DNA of 64,000 bases from contig CAZXZO010000004.1 of assembly GCA_964645485.1 (NCBI GenBank), forward strand, positions 14,740 to 78,739. The letters are read 5' to 3'. The notes below the pieces were generated by a model. That model was not told the DNA's origin. It did not search any database and was given only the letters and a program-made list of their open reading frames with translations. Each line of letters starts with the position of its first letter. The stretch's first letter is position 1. Below, piece by piece: positions 20,693 to 30,313 of the stretch. Origin of the DNA: an uncultured Candidatus Poseidoniales archaeon (GTDB taxonomy: Archaea > Thermoplasmatota > Poseidoniia > Poseidoniales > Thalassarchaeaceae). Made by a program: the position numbers and the translations under genes.

Positions 20693-21649
20693 ATGACAGT
20701 TTCTTTACCGTCAGTTCTCAAAGAACTTGGAATTGAAGTAAAGTCTGTATCCATCATTTCTAGAACTCCGGGAATTAATTGTTTGGGGATTATTGAATCC
20801 ATAACAAATTCTGATGCTGGTTGCCCTGTGCAAACAGGAACCCACATCTGGCATGCTCAACCCGGTTGGGCACCGATTGACAGAATGGAATTGGAGCGCT
20901 GGATAGTGGATGCGCCTGATGGTTCACATTGGCTCGTTTCAGAACGGAGATTAATTGATTTAGACCGAACAACGGTTTCTGAACGAATTAACTTGGTACT
21001 TTGGGGATGCGAGGAACTTTCAAATTGGCTTGGTAAATCGATCCTCAATGGCAAATTAAACTTACAATTTGATGAAACACCGGCTTCTCCCACAATAGGT
21101 GGAATTACCAAGAGAGCAGTCAAATCGGCTCCTAAAATTCCTAAAGCACAGGCAATCAAACCAATTATCAAACTGACAGAATGGCTTTCACAACGTGGAT
21201 ATGAGCGATTGGAAGTACGGCCAGTGTTACTTGAAGGAAAAAGTTGGCAAATTGATGGCCATCTACTTGGCCCAGAAGGAACTAAGGAAAGGCAGCGCTG
21301 GTCGTTAATCGAAGACCCTTTTTCAGGCCAACTAACAAGAATGGGTGATTCCGAACCCCTACCGTTTGTACCCCAACTCGAGAAGATCTCTCCTAGGTCA
21401 TGGAAAACTATGGAGATGGTGCGCTCTGAACTGCCCTCAGTGTGTGAGGAACGGAGACATTGGAGAGTTAGTCAAACTTCGGATGGGGGGAATGTTCACG
21501 GGAGTATCCTGCATTGGTGGCGCATTGAGGAGAAGGTTGCCCAAATGACTTCTTCACCTATCTTGATACCCGGATGGCAAGTTGATTTCCCAAGTAATGG
21601 GTGGATGATTGTACACGGTTTAAGTGGTGAAATACTAAATCTTCCTTGA
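20693..21649 (+). CDS. hypothetical protein (Trp-rich, two domains)
   Basis: 318-aa ORF filling the gap after rpl30e; no motif recognised. Confidence 0.75.
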   Translation: MTVSLPSVLKELGIEVKSVSIISRTPGINCLGIIESITNSDAGCPVQTGTHIWHAQPGWAPIDRMELERWIVDAPDGSHWLVSERRLIDLDRTTVSERINLVLWGCEELSNWLGKSILNGKLNLQFDETPASPTIGGITKRAVKSAPKIPKAQAIKPIIKLTEWLSQRGYERLEVRPVLLEGKSWQIDGHLLGPEGTKERQRWSLIEDPFSGQLTRMGDSEPLPFVPQLEKISPRSWKTMEMVRSELPSVCEERRHWRVSQTSDGGNVHGSILHWWRIEEKVAQMTSSPILIPGWQVDFPSNGWMIVHGLSGEILNLP

Positions 21650-21676
21650 GCGCAAAATAACGAATAATTAGCATCG

Positions 21677-22369
21677 CTAATCAAACAGTGGGCCTAAGAT
21701 TGTCACTCCACCTGCACTAATGTCAATGGCTTGCTTTTCCATACTGTGTCGCAAATGCCTCATTTTTTCTATTTGCATTGTCCGGACAATTTTTCCATTT
21801 CTTCTATCTAATCCTAGGTTGATGATTCCATCTGCAATGAACCCTTCATTTCCTTGTAATTCAGCATGTTCGCCAGTTTGCCTCTCTGTGATAATGATGG
21901 TGTACAAGCCTTGAGTTCTGAGGAAGTCGAAGAATCCAAACATCTTCTTCCTCATCTCAGCGTCAACGCTAGTTAGGCTGTAAATTGCTCCAAGGCTATC
22001 AAGTACGAAAACAGAGAATTGGTCGCCTCTTTCTTGCTTAAAGTGTTGAATCATTCGCCGCGTAAACTTGAGGTAATCCATTGCTTCATTTTCCTTTCTC
22101 AATTCGGTTAAATCTGTGATTTGCAAGTTAGGTGGTAGTTCAAGACCCATTGAATTACATGTTTTAAGCAGGCTGTCAACGGTTTCTTCAACTGTGCAAT
22201 ATAATCCAAACCCACCTGTTCTTCGCAAATGATTAGAGATTATAGAGAGGGAAAAACTGGTTTTCATTGAGCCAGGAGGGCCAGTTAGTAGACTCAGATA
22301 TGGTGGTTCCGCGTCTCGACTTAGTACCCGCTCCATTCCTGCAATGCCGCCAATATACATAGTTCCCAT
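21677..22369 (-). CDS. KaiC/RAD55-like RecA-superfamily ATPase
   Basis: Walker A GPPGSMKT, CTVEE, Walker B VFVLDSL, IADGIINL, MQIEKMR; ATG 22369 preferred start. Confidence 0.9.
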   Translation of the reverse strand: MGTMYIGGIAGMERVLSRDAEPPYLSLLTGPPGSMKTSFSLSIISNHLRRTGGFGLYCTVEETVDSLLKTCNSMGLELPPNLQITDLTELRKENEAMDYLKFTRRMIQHFKQERGDQFSVFVLDSLGAIYSLTSVDAEMRKKMFGFFDFLRTQGLYTIIITERQTGEHAELQGNEGFIADGIINLGLDRRNGKIVRTMQIEKMRHLRHSMEKQAIDISAGGVTILGPLFD

Positions 22370-22546
22370 GAAGGCGATTTTATACTCAGTATTTATTGTT
22401 GTTGAAAGCACACACTGAATATCTGCTTGAATTGTCAATATACATCTAAAGCCATTAAAATCATAGTGGTTAAATGCCCCACCTCAGTCGAAGGCTTGTG
22501 AAGTACCGGCCCTATGGGCCGTGAGAATGAGATTGGGAGCTGGTGA

Positions 22547-23404
22547 TTGATGCAGGCGGTATTGAAAGATATCATTTCCAGCACAGAACATTTCATCACA
22601 AAACACCAAGAACAACGTGACGAGTGGAACGCAAAAGTTGTTGAGAATAAGTCTCGCCGAGAACAAGTAAATGGTCAGAAGCGAGAGATATATGATGAAA
22701 TCGAGCGCCAGCGTACAGTTCGTGATAAAGAAAATTCGAGTGTCAGAGAAGCCAAGGCTGAGCGAGAAAATGCAAATAAAGAATTTAATGCACTTCGAAC
22801 TCAAATCCATGGAGCTGATGCTGATTCTAGAGGTAAGCGTAAAGAGGGCGATAGTCCCGAATTTATCCGCAAAAAGATGAGGGCTCTTGAGGATAGATAC
22901 GAGCGAGGACAATTCACAGGGAAGAAGGCTGAGAAGCAATTCCAGAACGATATGAAACAATTTGCTCGTAAATTAAGAGAGGCTGAGGCAAAGAGGAAGC
23001 CAACTGGTGGGACTGATTCAAACAGTCAACTCGATGCTCTACGCGAGGCTTGTGATGCGGCCCACAACCGTGTAATTTCGGCAGCAGATGCTGCTCAGGC
23101 TGCTCATGATTTGATGGGTAAGTTGAATGATGAGACTCGGCGTTTGAATAATGAGCATGAGTTGGCACATAGGGCTTTTGTAACAGCAAAAGTGGAAGCA
23201 GACAGGGAACATGAACACTATATTGTAGCAATGCGTTGCATTTGGAGTTCAAGAAATCTGCTAAAGGCATCGCAAGACCGCGCTGAAGGAATACAACCGT
23301 CCAAGGCAGATGCACTGCCTGCAAATGTCGACTTGATGAGCGCTTTAATGTCTGGAAAAACTCTCTCTACAGAACAATTGATGACTATGAAGCGTGACGA
23401 TTGA
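22547..23404 (+). CDS. archaeal coiled-coil protein (COG1340-like), paralogue A
   Basis: RDExN heptads, central hinge, DxxH repeats, C-terminal LMSGKTLSTEQL. Confidence 0.8.
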   Translation: MMQAVLKDIISSTEHFITKHQEQRDEWNAKVVENKSRREQVNGQKREIYDEIERQRTVRDKENSSVREAKAERENANKEFNALRTQIHGADADSRGKRKEGDSPEFIRKKMRALEDRYERGQFTGKKAEKQFQNDMKQFARKLREAEAKRKPTGGTDSNSQLDALREACDAAHNRVISAADAAQAAHDLMGKLNDETRRLNNEHELAHRAFVTAKVEADREHEHYIVAMRCIWSSRNLLKASQDRAEGIQPSKADALPANVDLMSALMSGKTLSTEQLMTMKRDD

Positions 23405-23409
23405 AGTAG

Positions 23410-24576
23410 GTGCCAGGAATGATTGATTCAACTGATATCTCGGACATTCTCAACGATTATGATCGCATGAAGTTACGTATTGGCATGACAGCAAGCCACT
23501 CAGCACTGGATATCTGTGATGGTGCGATAGAAGAAGGATTTCCTACTGTCGCATACTGTCAAAAGGGAAGAGAGAAGACCTACTCCGAATATTTCAAAAC
23601 TGTACGCAACCATTCTGGAAGAGTAACAAGAGGAATGGTTGACAAGGCAATAGTTCTTGACCGGTTTGATAATGTTTTGAACCCATCATTTCAAGCAGCA
23701 ATGAGGGATAGGAATGTGGTATATATTCCCAATCGCTCCTTCACATCTTATTGTGGAATGCAACAAATTGAGGACGATTTCAGGGTGCCTATGTTTGGCA
23801 GCCGCAATATGTTGAGAATGGAAGAGAGAACCGAAGATCAAGATTATTATTGGATTCTTGATAAGGCTGGATTACCTTATCCTGAAGCAATTGAGAACCC
23901 ACAAGATATTGATTGTCTTGTGATTGTTAAATTACATCACGCTGAAAAGAAACTTGAGCGAGGTTTCTTCACTTGTGCCTCTTATTCTGAATATCAAGAA
24001 AAATCAGAGTCACTTCTCAAACAGGGTGTTATTGATGAGGCAAGTTTAGCAGGTGCTAGAATTGAACGGTATGTGGTTGGACCTGTTTTCAACCTCAATT
24101 TTTTCTATAGTCCGTTAGAAGAGGAGATGCCCAAACTCGAATTACTTGGTGTTGATTGGAGATTTGAATCAAGTTTAGATGGTCATGTGAGGCTTCCTGC
24201 ACCCCAACAAATGACTATGCCAATCCATCAGCAAATACCAGAGATGACTGTTGTAGGGCACAATACCGCTACCATTAGAGAAAGCCTACTTGAGGAGGCT
24301 TTTGAGTTGGGTGAAAAATTCATCACCGCAAGCAAAGAGCATTATGACCCGGGAATTATTGGGCCATTTTGTTTACAAACATGTATTGACAAAGACATGA
24401 ATTATTCAATTTACGATGTTGCTCCACGAGTCGGTGGAGGTACTAATGTGCACGTCAGTGTTGGTCACCCTTACGGAAATGCCACTTGGCGCAAACCAAT
24501 GAGTAGTGGGCGCAGAATAGCCATGGAATTACGAAATGCGGTCGAGCAAGATAGGCTTGACGAAGTACTCACTTGA
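23410..24576 (+). CDS. purP: 5-formaminoimidazole-4-carboxamide ribonucleotide synthetase PurP (ATP-grasp)
   Basis: ASHSALDICDGAIEEGF, IPNRSF, FGSRNMLRMEE, GFF, GPFCLQ, RVGGGTN, GRRIAME. Confidence 0.93.
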   Translation: MPGMIDSTDISDILNDYDRMKLRIGMTASHSALDICDGAIEEGFPTVAYCQKGREKTYSEYFKTVRNHSGRVTRGMVDKAIVLDRFDNVLNPSFQAAMRDRNVVYIPNRSFTSYCGMQQIEDDFRVPMFGSRNMLRMEERTEDQDYYWILDKAGLPYPEAIENPQDIDCLVIVKLHHAEKKLERGFFTCASYSEYQEKSESLLKQGVIDEASLAGARIERYVVGPVFNLNFFYSPLEEEMPKLELLGVDWRFESSLDGHVRLPAPQQMTMPIHQQIPEMTVVGHNTATIRESLLEEAFELGEKFITASKEHYDPGIIGPFCLQTCIDKDMNYSIYDVAPRVGGGTNVHVSVGHPYGNATWRKPMSSGRRIAMELRNAVEQDRLDEVLT

Positions 24577-24591
24577 GTATCACACTGTTAG

Positions 24592-24966
24592 TTACAGAAG
24601 TTGAAGTAATTGTGTAGATGCAATTTCCATTTGTTTTCGCACCATCCCAAGATTAACACCTTTCTCTGTTTTGCATACAATTGAGTAAGAATTGTTGATT
24701 TTCGAAACGGCTAAAATCCCCTCTTCACCATTCAAAGTTACAATTTTGGGTTCACCGAGTTGAATATTAGAAAGTAGTAAATTTGCAGTATTTACGATTG
24801 AAGGAATTAGCGAGCCAATTCCTTCAAGGAACAATGCTGGCGCACCTTCGACTTCATGGATGAATCCCTCCATCGAGCAGATTGCACACCAGGAAACGCC
24901 ATCAATCTTGGCGACCTCCTTGACAATGTTAGACTTCACTTTACTCACGTGTACAAGGGAGGTCAA
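24592..24966 (-). CDS. Roadblock/LC7 domain protein
   Basis: 124 aa; IDGVSWCAICSMEGF, LGEP..VTLNGEEG.L, VNLGMVRKQME pattern. Confidence 0.8.
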   Translation of the reverse strand: MTSLVHVSKVKSNIVKEVAKIDGVSWCAICSMEGFIHEVEGAPALFLEGIGSLIPSIVNTANLLLSNIQLGEPKIVTLNGEEGILAVSKINNSYSIVCKTEKGVNLGMVRKQMEIASTQLLQLL

Positions 24967-24990
24967 TAAAGAAGGTGCGTAATCATACGC

Positions 24991-26046
24991 TCATTCTTCT
25001 CGTCTTTGATGAGAGCGAGCAACGCCTCGCCGAGGTTGAGTTTTGCTTCTCCCACCTCTTCTAGAACCTTGTTTTTTCTTCTTTGAAGTCTTTTTGTTAG
25101 TGGATTCTTGTAATTGGGATAATCCTCCCGTCTCGAGTATTCTCGCCATATCTTCCATCGACAAAGTGCCGCCACTCATTGCATGTTCTCGGAGTGTGTT
25201 GATTCGCTTGCGAACTTTTCTGCCTCGCTTCTCATCTTCCTTGCGAATTCTACTAAAGGATTCAAGGCGGCCAATTTCCCTCTTTACTCGGCGTAATTCT
25301 GATCGTTGGCTACGAATAGAGTCGAGCATTTTTTCGATGCGGTTATTGAGGTCTTTCTCCTCCTTTCTGCTAATTTTTGTGCCTTCTAAGCGAGGATTTT
25401 CATCTGCTGCTTTCGCGGCAATTCCACTGGATTCTTCTTGCAAACCATCAAGTTTCTTGATGGTTTCTTTTTGCATTCTAATCATCTCTACAAAATTTTG
25501 GTGGGATGCATCAGACTGAAGCTTGAGTTTGTGCATTACTTTTAGTTCAAAGAAGAATGAGAATTTTTGGATTTCATTAGCCAGATTTGGTGCTCGACTA
25601 GGGTCATCGCGGATAGAAGTCAAATCTTTCCATGTTCGCTTGAGCAATCTCTCGATTAGATTCAATGGAGGTGATACTCTTAAGTTGATATCATCGCGAA
25701 TGGATTTCGCCTCATTGATTTGTTTATTTCGTTCCCGTAACTCATTCAATAAGTCTCGGCGTTCTTTTGAAACGCCGCCAGAATTATACAATGCTGTGCG
25801 GAGTACTTGTACCGTTGAAATCAAAGATTTCCGTTCACTTTCTAAAGATTCTAGTTGAGATTCCATCGCTCTTGAGGATGCTCTGTTGTCATTGAGCATA
25901 TCTTCAATTTCATGAGTTTCAAGTTCTCTTAAATCTTCAAAGAAATCTCGTCGAGTTGACTTCTTTCCTTTATTGCCTCTTTTTGAGTTCCGTTTTTTGG
26001 ACTCTTGTGACTTTTTCTTGGGCTTGGAATTAGATTGTTTACTCAT
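24991..26046 (-). CDS. coiled-coil protein (COG1340-like, divergent), paralogue B, with basic tails
   Basis: heptads, SDASHQNFV, C-terminal AMSGGTLSMEDM; K/R-rich termini; start overlaps the stop of the upstream gene. Confidence 0.75.
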   Translation of the reverse strand: MSKQSNSKPKKKSQESKKRNSKRGNKGKKSTRRDFFEDLRELETHEIEDMLNDNRASSRAMESQLESLESERKSLISTVQVLRTALYNSGGVSKERRDLLNELRERNKQINEAKSIRDDINLRVSPPLNLIERLLKRTWKDLTSIRDDPSRAPNLANEIQKFSFFFELKVMHKLKLQSDASHQNFVEMIRMQKETIKKLDGLQEESSGIAAKAADENPRLEGTKISRKEEKDLNNRIEKMLDSIRSQRSELRRVKREIGRLESFSRIRKEDEKRGRKVRKRINTLREHAMSGGTLSMEDMARILETGGLSQLQESTNKKTSKKKKQGSRRGGRSKTQPRRGVARSHQRREE

Positions 26047-26891
26047 TCTTCCTCACCCCCTTGATTTTTGACAACAGGCCTTTGGGGCATGCTTGATGGT
26101 TTTCCTTCTGCTACCATTCGGCTAGCAGCCATCAAGTCTCCAGTCCCATCTTTTAGGTCCCCAAATCCACTTTCAATTCGGTGATTCCAGTAACCAACGA
26201 TGTCATCAGATGATGATAAAAGTGATTTTGAACGGTTAAGTTGACTTTGTGCTTCACGTTGTACTTCTTTGTGTTCTGCGTACTTGGTGTGATGCTCACC
26301 ACTTACTTCTGCCAAACGTACTAGTTCTACATGAGCGGCATCAGCATCTTCGAGCAATTGCCTATGCATTTTCCATCCATCCCGATATTCTTTCAATTCG
26401 GGGTTAGAATCGAGTCTTTGTGTGACCCATTCTTCGTGGGAGCGAGTAAGTTCACGCATTTGGCGTAGTAATTTCCTTTCACTGTTCAAATCTAGTGCAG
26501 ATGTTTCAACTTTTTCGTCGATTTCAGCCAATTTTTGTGCTAGTTTTTCCTTTGCCCACCCTGGGTTCGGATTCTTGAGTTTATTCTCTTCAATTAAAGT
26601 CTCACGTAAGCCTGTAAGTTTCTTTCGCAATTCTTTTGCTTCTGATTGCATTGAATCTCTTTTTGCTTTCAAATGAGAAACCTCATCTGTTGCTTTGTCT
26701 CTTTCTTTAAGCGCTGATTCAACTAAGGGATTCAATTGATCTAACTCTTGCTTTCTATCGCGAACGATTTTTGGCAGAGTATCACTCAATTCGTGACGGC
26801 GGGCAATTATTGCTTGTGCCACTTCCTCTGGAGTCATGGCAAGTAGTGTGCTGACATCCATAGGCAAGCCGCCCACCTGACTATCTCTCAT
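26043..26891 (-). CDS. coiled-coil protein (COG1340-like), paralogue C
   Basis: KRDSMQ, LAEIDEKVETSALDLNSERKLLRQMREL hinge, ADAAH...EHH. Confidence 0.78.
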   Translation of the reverse strand: MRDSQVGGLPMDVSTLLAMTPEEVAQAIIARRHELSDTLPKIVRDRKQELDQLNPLVESALKERDKATDEVSHLKAKRDSMQSEAKELRKKLTGLRETLIEENKLKNPNPGWAKEKLAQKLAEIDEKVETSALDLNSERKLLRQMRELTRSHEEWVTQRLDSNPELKEYRDGWKMHRQLLEDADAAHVELVRLAEVSGEHHTKYAEHKEVQREAQSQLNRSKSLLSSSDDIVGYWNHRIESGFGDLKDGTGDLMAASRMVAEGKPSSMPQRPVVKNQGGEEE

Positions 26892-26958
26892 AAAGGTGAG
26901 GTTTTTCTATCCGAAGGATAGTAAAGGTCATTCATCCGTCTTGGCGCAGGCAATAACG

Positions 26959-29610
26959 ATGAGGGCCTCCTATGTCCGCCAGACTTTGGCAAGTCTTTGC
27001 GTTGTGTTCTTAGTAATCCCTCTACTTTCTGTGGTTTCTGCTAATGGTTCGGGATTGCTCCTAGACTCGTCATCACTTGTGGTGGTTGGAGATTTAGAAG
27101 AAGGGGAAGGTGATGTGAATATTTCAATTGATGTTCAATCACATGATGTTGTTTCCCTAGGTGCAATTAACATGACTCTTGTTGAGGGTGAGAGTACAAT
27201 TATTGCCAGTGAAAATGTTTCACTTAATCTTAGTTCAGATGAAATCATAACCGTTCAATTCAACATCTCTCAATTAGCAATCGGCCAATACACAATGAAT
27301 CTAGTACTCTTTGGTGATGTTGGCACTCCATTTGCCAACTATACAGACTCAATCAGTCAATTTGTCAAGAGATTAGCGCCAGCCACTGGTGAAGTCAGTG
27401 ACACTAATCAATGGCAGATCATTCCAGTTAACCCAAGCACTGGTGAAGCGAGTGGAAACTCATCATTTAGGGACGGAGATGTAGGTTGGGCGGAAGTCCC
27501 TGTAAGCAATTCAGGGGAAGTTGACTTCACCGGCAGTATCGGGTTTGCAGTTGACGACGGGCAGTTTGTTTTTCAAAACCTAACAATTTCACCTTTATCT
27601 TCAACTCCTGTGAATTTTTCAATACCACAACTCTTTGAGAATAATTTGACAACTTTCAGAGTAAATTTGTCTGGTCAAGTAAGTTCACTTGAAATTCAAG
27701 TCGGGCCTCCGCCTTTAGCAAGGCTAGATATCCTTGCAAGCGCTGACAATTCTGCACCTCAATTAGGACAGGAGGTTATGTGGACAGTAAATTTGTCTAA
27801 TTCTGGAGAAGTAGCATGGGTAGGGGACCTAAGATGTGCATTTTCTAATTCAGTGGTGTTTAGCGAATCTTTGTACGTAAACCATGGCGAAGGACAATCT
27901 CGTCAATTCTCATTTTTGGTTCGACCAGGGGATTTGAATTGCTCAGTTGTGAATAATGACAGACTTCATGATGACTCAATAACCAGTTTTTCACACACAT
28001 ACGATATGGATGCCGCACATTTCTCGACAGCAGGGAGTGCTGGCTTGGCAATTGTTGGAACTAATTTTCATGTTGGTGATGACTTACAAGCAACACTAAT
28101 CGCTCATAACGGGGGTGATTACCAAGGAAATGCAAGACTCTCAATTAGTGATTCAGGAGGGTTATCAGAAGGTTTGTCGCGGCAATTTTTTGTCGGGAAT
28201 AGTTTGCAATTAGATGTTAGTCACACGCTTCAAGGAAGTGCGGGAAGTCGAATTCTATACTGGGCAGTAGTGAGTGAAGATGGCTTAGTTGATGCAAACC
28301 TTTCTGGTCAAGTTGAAGTCCAGGTTTCACCTTCACAACATTTGGAGGGCGAAATCACTACTGTTGATTGGACTACTTCTGATGGTTTAGTTGCTGAAAT
28401 TGATTTACAATTGTCAGAAGGTCGCTCTCGTACTGTCAGAATTCAGGTTGGTCACATGAACGGTGATGATTCTGTGACAGTGATTGATACTGATGTAGAA
28501 TTGGCACCTGGGCAACGTACTCTTTCCTTCGATTTAGGTGTACCTTTGGTCGCTGAGGGAGTCTGGCTAACACTGGAAGTTGCAGATTGGCTACCTGCAC
28601 AATTATCACAAATGAATTCCACACGTTCAGTCAGTGAACCAGATGTTAAGCCGAGTGTAATCTTAGGTGTTTCCAATCCTGCAGTACCGGTTAGTGGTGA
28701 GTCTGCTACAATAGCCTACACTCTCTCAAATGATGGTACTGACAATATCGCCGGGGGAGTTTTGGTTCTCAAGGTGTCTTCAACCAATGAAATACTATGG
28801 CAAGAGTCAGCACCTTTAGTAGAAGCAGGAGATAGCCAATCGGGAGAAATTAGCCTGGATAATTGGCCTTCTGGGGTGGCTGTGGGCCTACACCTTGAAT
28901 GGCGAAGTGGTGGAACTGAAACAATAACCACGAAATCATATCCATCCAAAGCTCCCACTGTTGCTGATTCATTTGATATTCCTTGGGCTGCCATCATTTA
29001 TGGCGCCATAGCTGGCATTGTCATCTCAGCAGTGGCACGATTCGTATTTGTTTGGCAAGGAGAGGACCCTGATGAGAGGGCGCAACATCGCCAACAGAGG
29101 CGAGATGCTAGAGCGACTGCCAAGGAAGATGCCAAAAAGAACAGACAGGAGAAGATAAATCCTACAGGCAAACAAGAAGTCGGTTGCCCTTCATGCAGTA
29201 TGACACTGCGAGTTCCCAACGATTATGATGGGCAGGCCCGTTGTCCCGCATGTACTCATGTATTCCCAGTGACTCCTGTTCAAACATCTGATTCAGAGCC
29301 AGATGGAATAGTCGATGATGATGAAGATATTGAAGAGCCTGAGAAGTCAGAAATTTCACAATCGAAGAAGCGCGAATTGGGGACTAAAGTTGGCACGGTT
29401 TCAACTCAAAAAGCAACCAAACCAAAACCAGTAGAGAAAAAGCAGGCTAAGCCACAGAGCGCTGACTCTTCAATAGCATCTGCAGAATCTGCAGGAGATG
29501 AGATTCGTTGCCCTGCCTGCGCACAGAGATTGAAGGTTCCTTATGATAGGAGGCCAATTACAGCCAAGTGTCCAAGGTGTGAATCTAAGTTCATGGCAGA
29601 AAAAGAATGA
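26959..29610 (+). CDS. single-pass membrane protein: signal peptide, Ig/CARDB-like ectodomains, TM helix, two cytoplasmic Zn ribbons
   Basis: VNLSNSGE and YTLSNDGT CARDB-like motifs; TM AAIIYGAIAGIVISAVARFVFVW; CPSC..CPAC and CPAC..CPRC; ATG 26959 preferred over GTG 26896. Confidence 0.8.
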   Translation: MRASYVRQTLASLCVVFLVIPLLSVVSANGSGLLLDSSSLVVVGDLEEGEGDVNISIDVQSHDVVSLGAINMTLVEGESTIIASENVSLNLSSDEIITVQFNISQLAIGQYTMNLVLFGDVGTPFANYTDSISQFVKRLAPATGEVSDTNQWQIIPVNPSTGEASGNSSFRDGDVGWAEVPVSNSGEVDFTGSIGFAVDDGQFVFQNLTISPLSSTPVNFSIPQLFENNLTTFRVNLSGQVSSLEIQVGPPPLARLDILASADNSAPQLGQEVMWTVNLSNSGEVAWVGDLRCAFSNSVVFSESLYVNHGEGQSRQFSFLVRPGDLNCSVVNNDRLHDDSITSFSHTYDMDAAHFSTAGSAGLAIVGTNFHVGDDLQATLIAHNGGDYQGNARLSISDSGGLSEGLSRQFFVGNSLQLDVSHTLQGSAGSRILYWAVVSEDGLVDANLSGQVEVQVSPSQHLEGEITTVDWTTSDGLVAEIDLQLSEGRSRTVRIQVGHMNGDDSVTVIDTDVELAPGQRTLSFDLGVPLVAEGVWLTLEVADWLPAQLSQMNSTRSVSEPDVKPSVILGVSNPAVPVSGESATIAYTLSNDGTDNIAGGVLVLKVSSTNEILWQESAPLVEAGDSQSGEISLDNWPSGVAVGLHLEWRSGGTETITTKSYPSKAPTVADSFDIPWAAIIYGAIAGIVISAVARFVFVWQGEDPDERAQHRQQRRDARATAKEDAKKNRQEKINPTGKQEVGCPSCSMTLRVPNDYDGQARCPACTHVFPVTPVQTSDSEPDGIVDDDEDIEEPEKSEISQSKKRELGTKVGTVSTQKATKPKPVEKKQAKPQSADSSIASAESAGDEIRCPACAQRLKVPYDRRPITAKCPRCESKFMAEKE

Positions 29611-29619
29611 GGTGGAACC

Positions 29620-30270
29620 ATGTCAATTCCTATTCAAGAAGATCAAGAGATGTATCTCAAAAAACTGTTTCAAATACATTTGATAGATAATACCGAACCA
29701 ATTAGGACAAGTAGAATTGCCGAAGAGATGAATGTTTCAGCACCAAGTGCTAGTGAGATGCTAAAGCGGCTTGGACGCAAGGGATTTGTGAATTATGTTC
29801 CATACAAAGGAGTGACATTAACTCAACAAGGCATTGATGCGGCTAGCCGTGTTAAAAGAAGAGAAGCACTGATGGAGGTTTTTCTAGTTCAAATGTTGGA
29901 TTTCAGAGGCGATGTGAAAGATGTTGCATGCAGGTTGGAACACGCCCTAACAGATGAATTAGAATCTTCTATAGACCGGTTGCTTGGTTACCCAAGTCAC
30001 ACAATTGATGGTGATGAAATACCAGCGGCTAATAGAATGATTAGTAGTGATATTGAAGGTATATTATTACCACTTTCTGCTTTACCTGTGGGTTCTCCCG
30101 GTGTGGTAGAGTTGGTTGTTATCGATGGTATGGATGCTCGTACCCTTTCAGACATGGGATTAATGGTTGGGTCTAAGGTCCAAAATAATGGTGATGATTG
30201 GCAAGTCAATGGGGTGAGAATGAGCCTCTCAAACACACTCCAATCAAGAATATTGGTACGCACCGCTTAA
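29620..30270 (+). CDS. DtxR/MntR-family metal-dependent transcription regulator with FeoA-like C-terminus
   Basis: EMYLK, RTSRIAEEMNVSAPSASEMLKRL, YVPYKGVTLT, ACRLEHAL. Confidence 0.93.
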   Translation: MSIPIQEDQEMYLKKLFQIHLIDNTEPIRTSRIAEEMNVSAPSASEMLKRLGRKGFVNYVPYKGVTLTQQGIDAASRVKRREALMEVFLVQMLDFRGDVKDVACRLEHALTDELESSIDRLLGYPSHTIDGDEIPAANRMISSDIEGILLPLSALPVGSPGVVELVVIDGMDARTLSDMGLMVGSKVQNNGDDWQVNGVRMSLSNTLQSRILVRTA

Positions 30271-30313
30271 TTCGGAAGCAAAGACGCCTTGATATGGGAT
30301 TGATGAGTCGGCG

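Noticed and set aside
20632-22521. Recurring GGCCC-N3/4-GGGCC hairpins (20633, 22508) upstream of genes
   Set aside because: Two short palindromes with different loops are too few to call a repeat family or operator.
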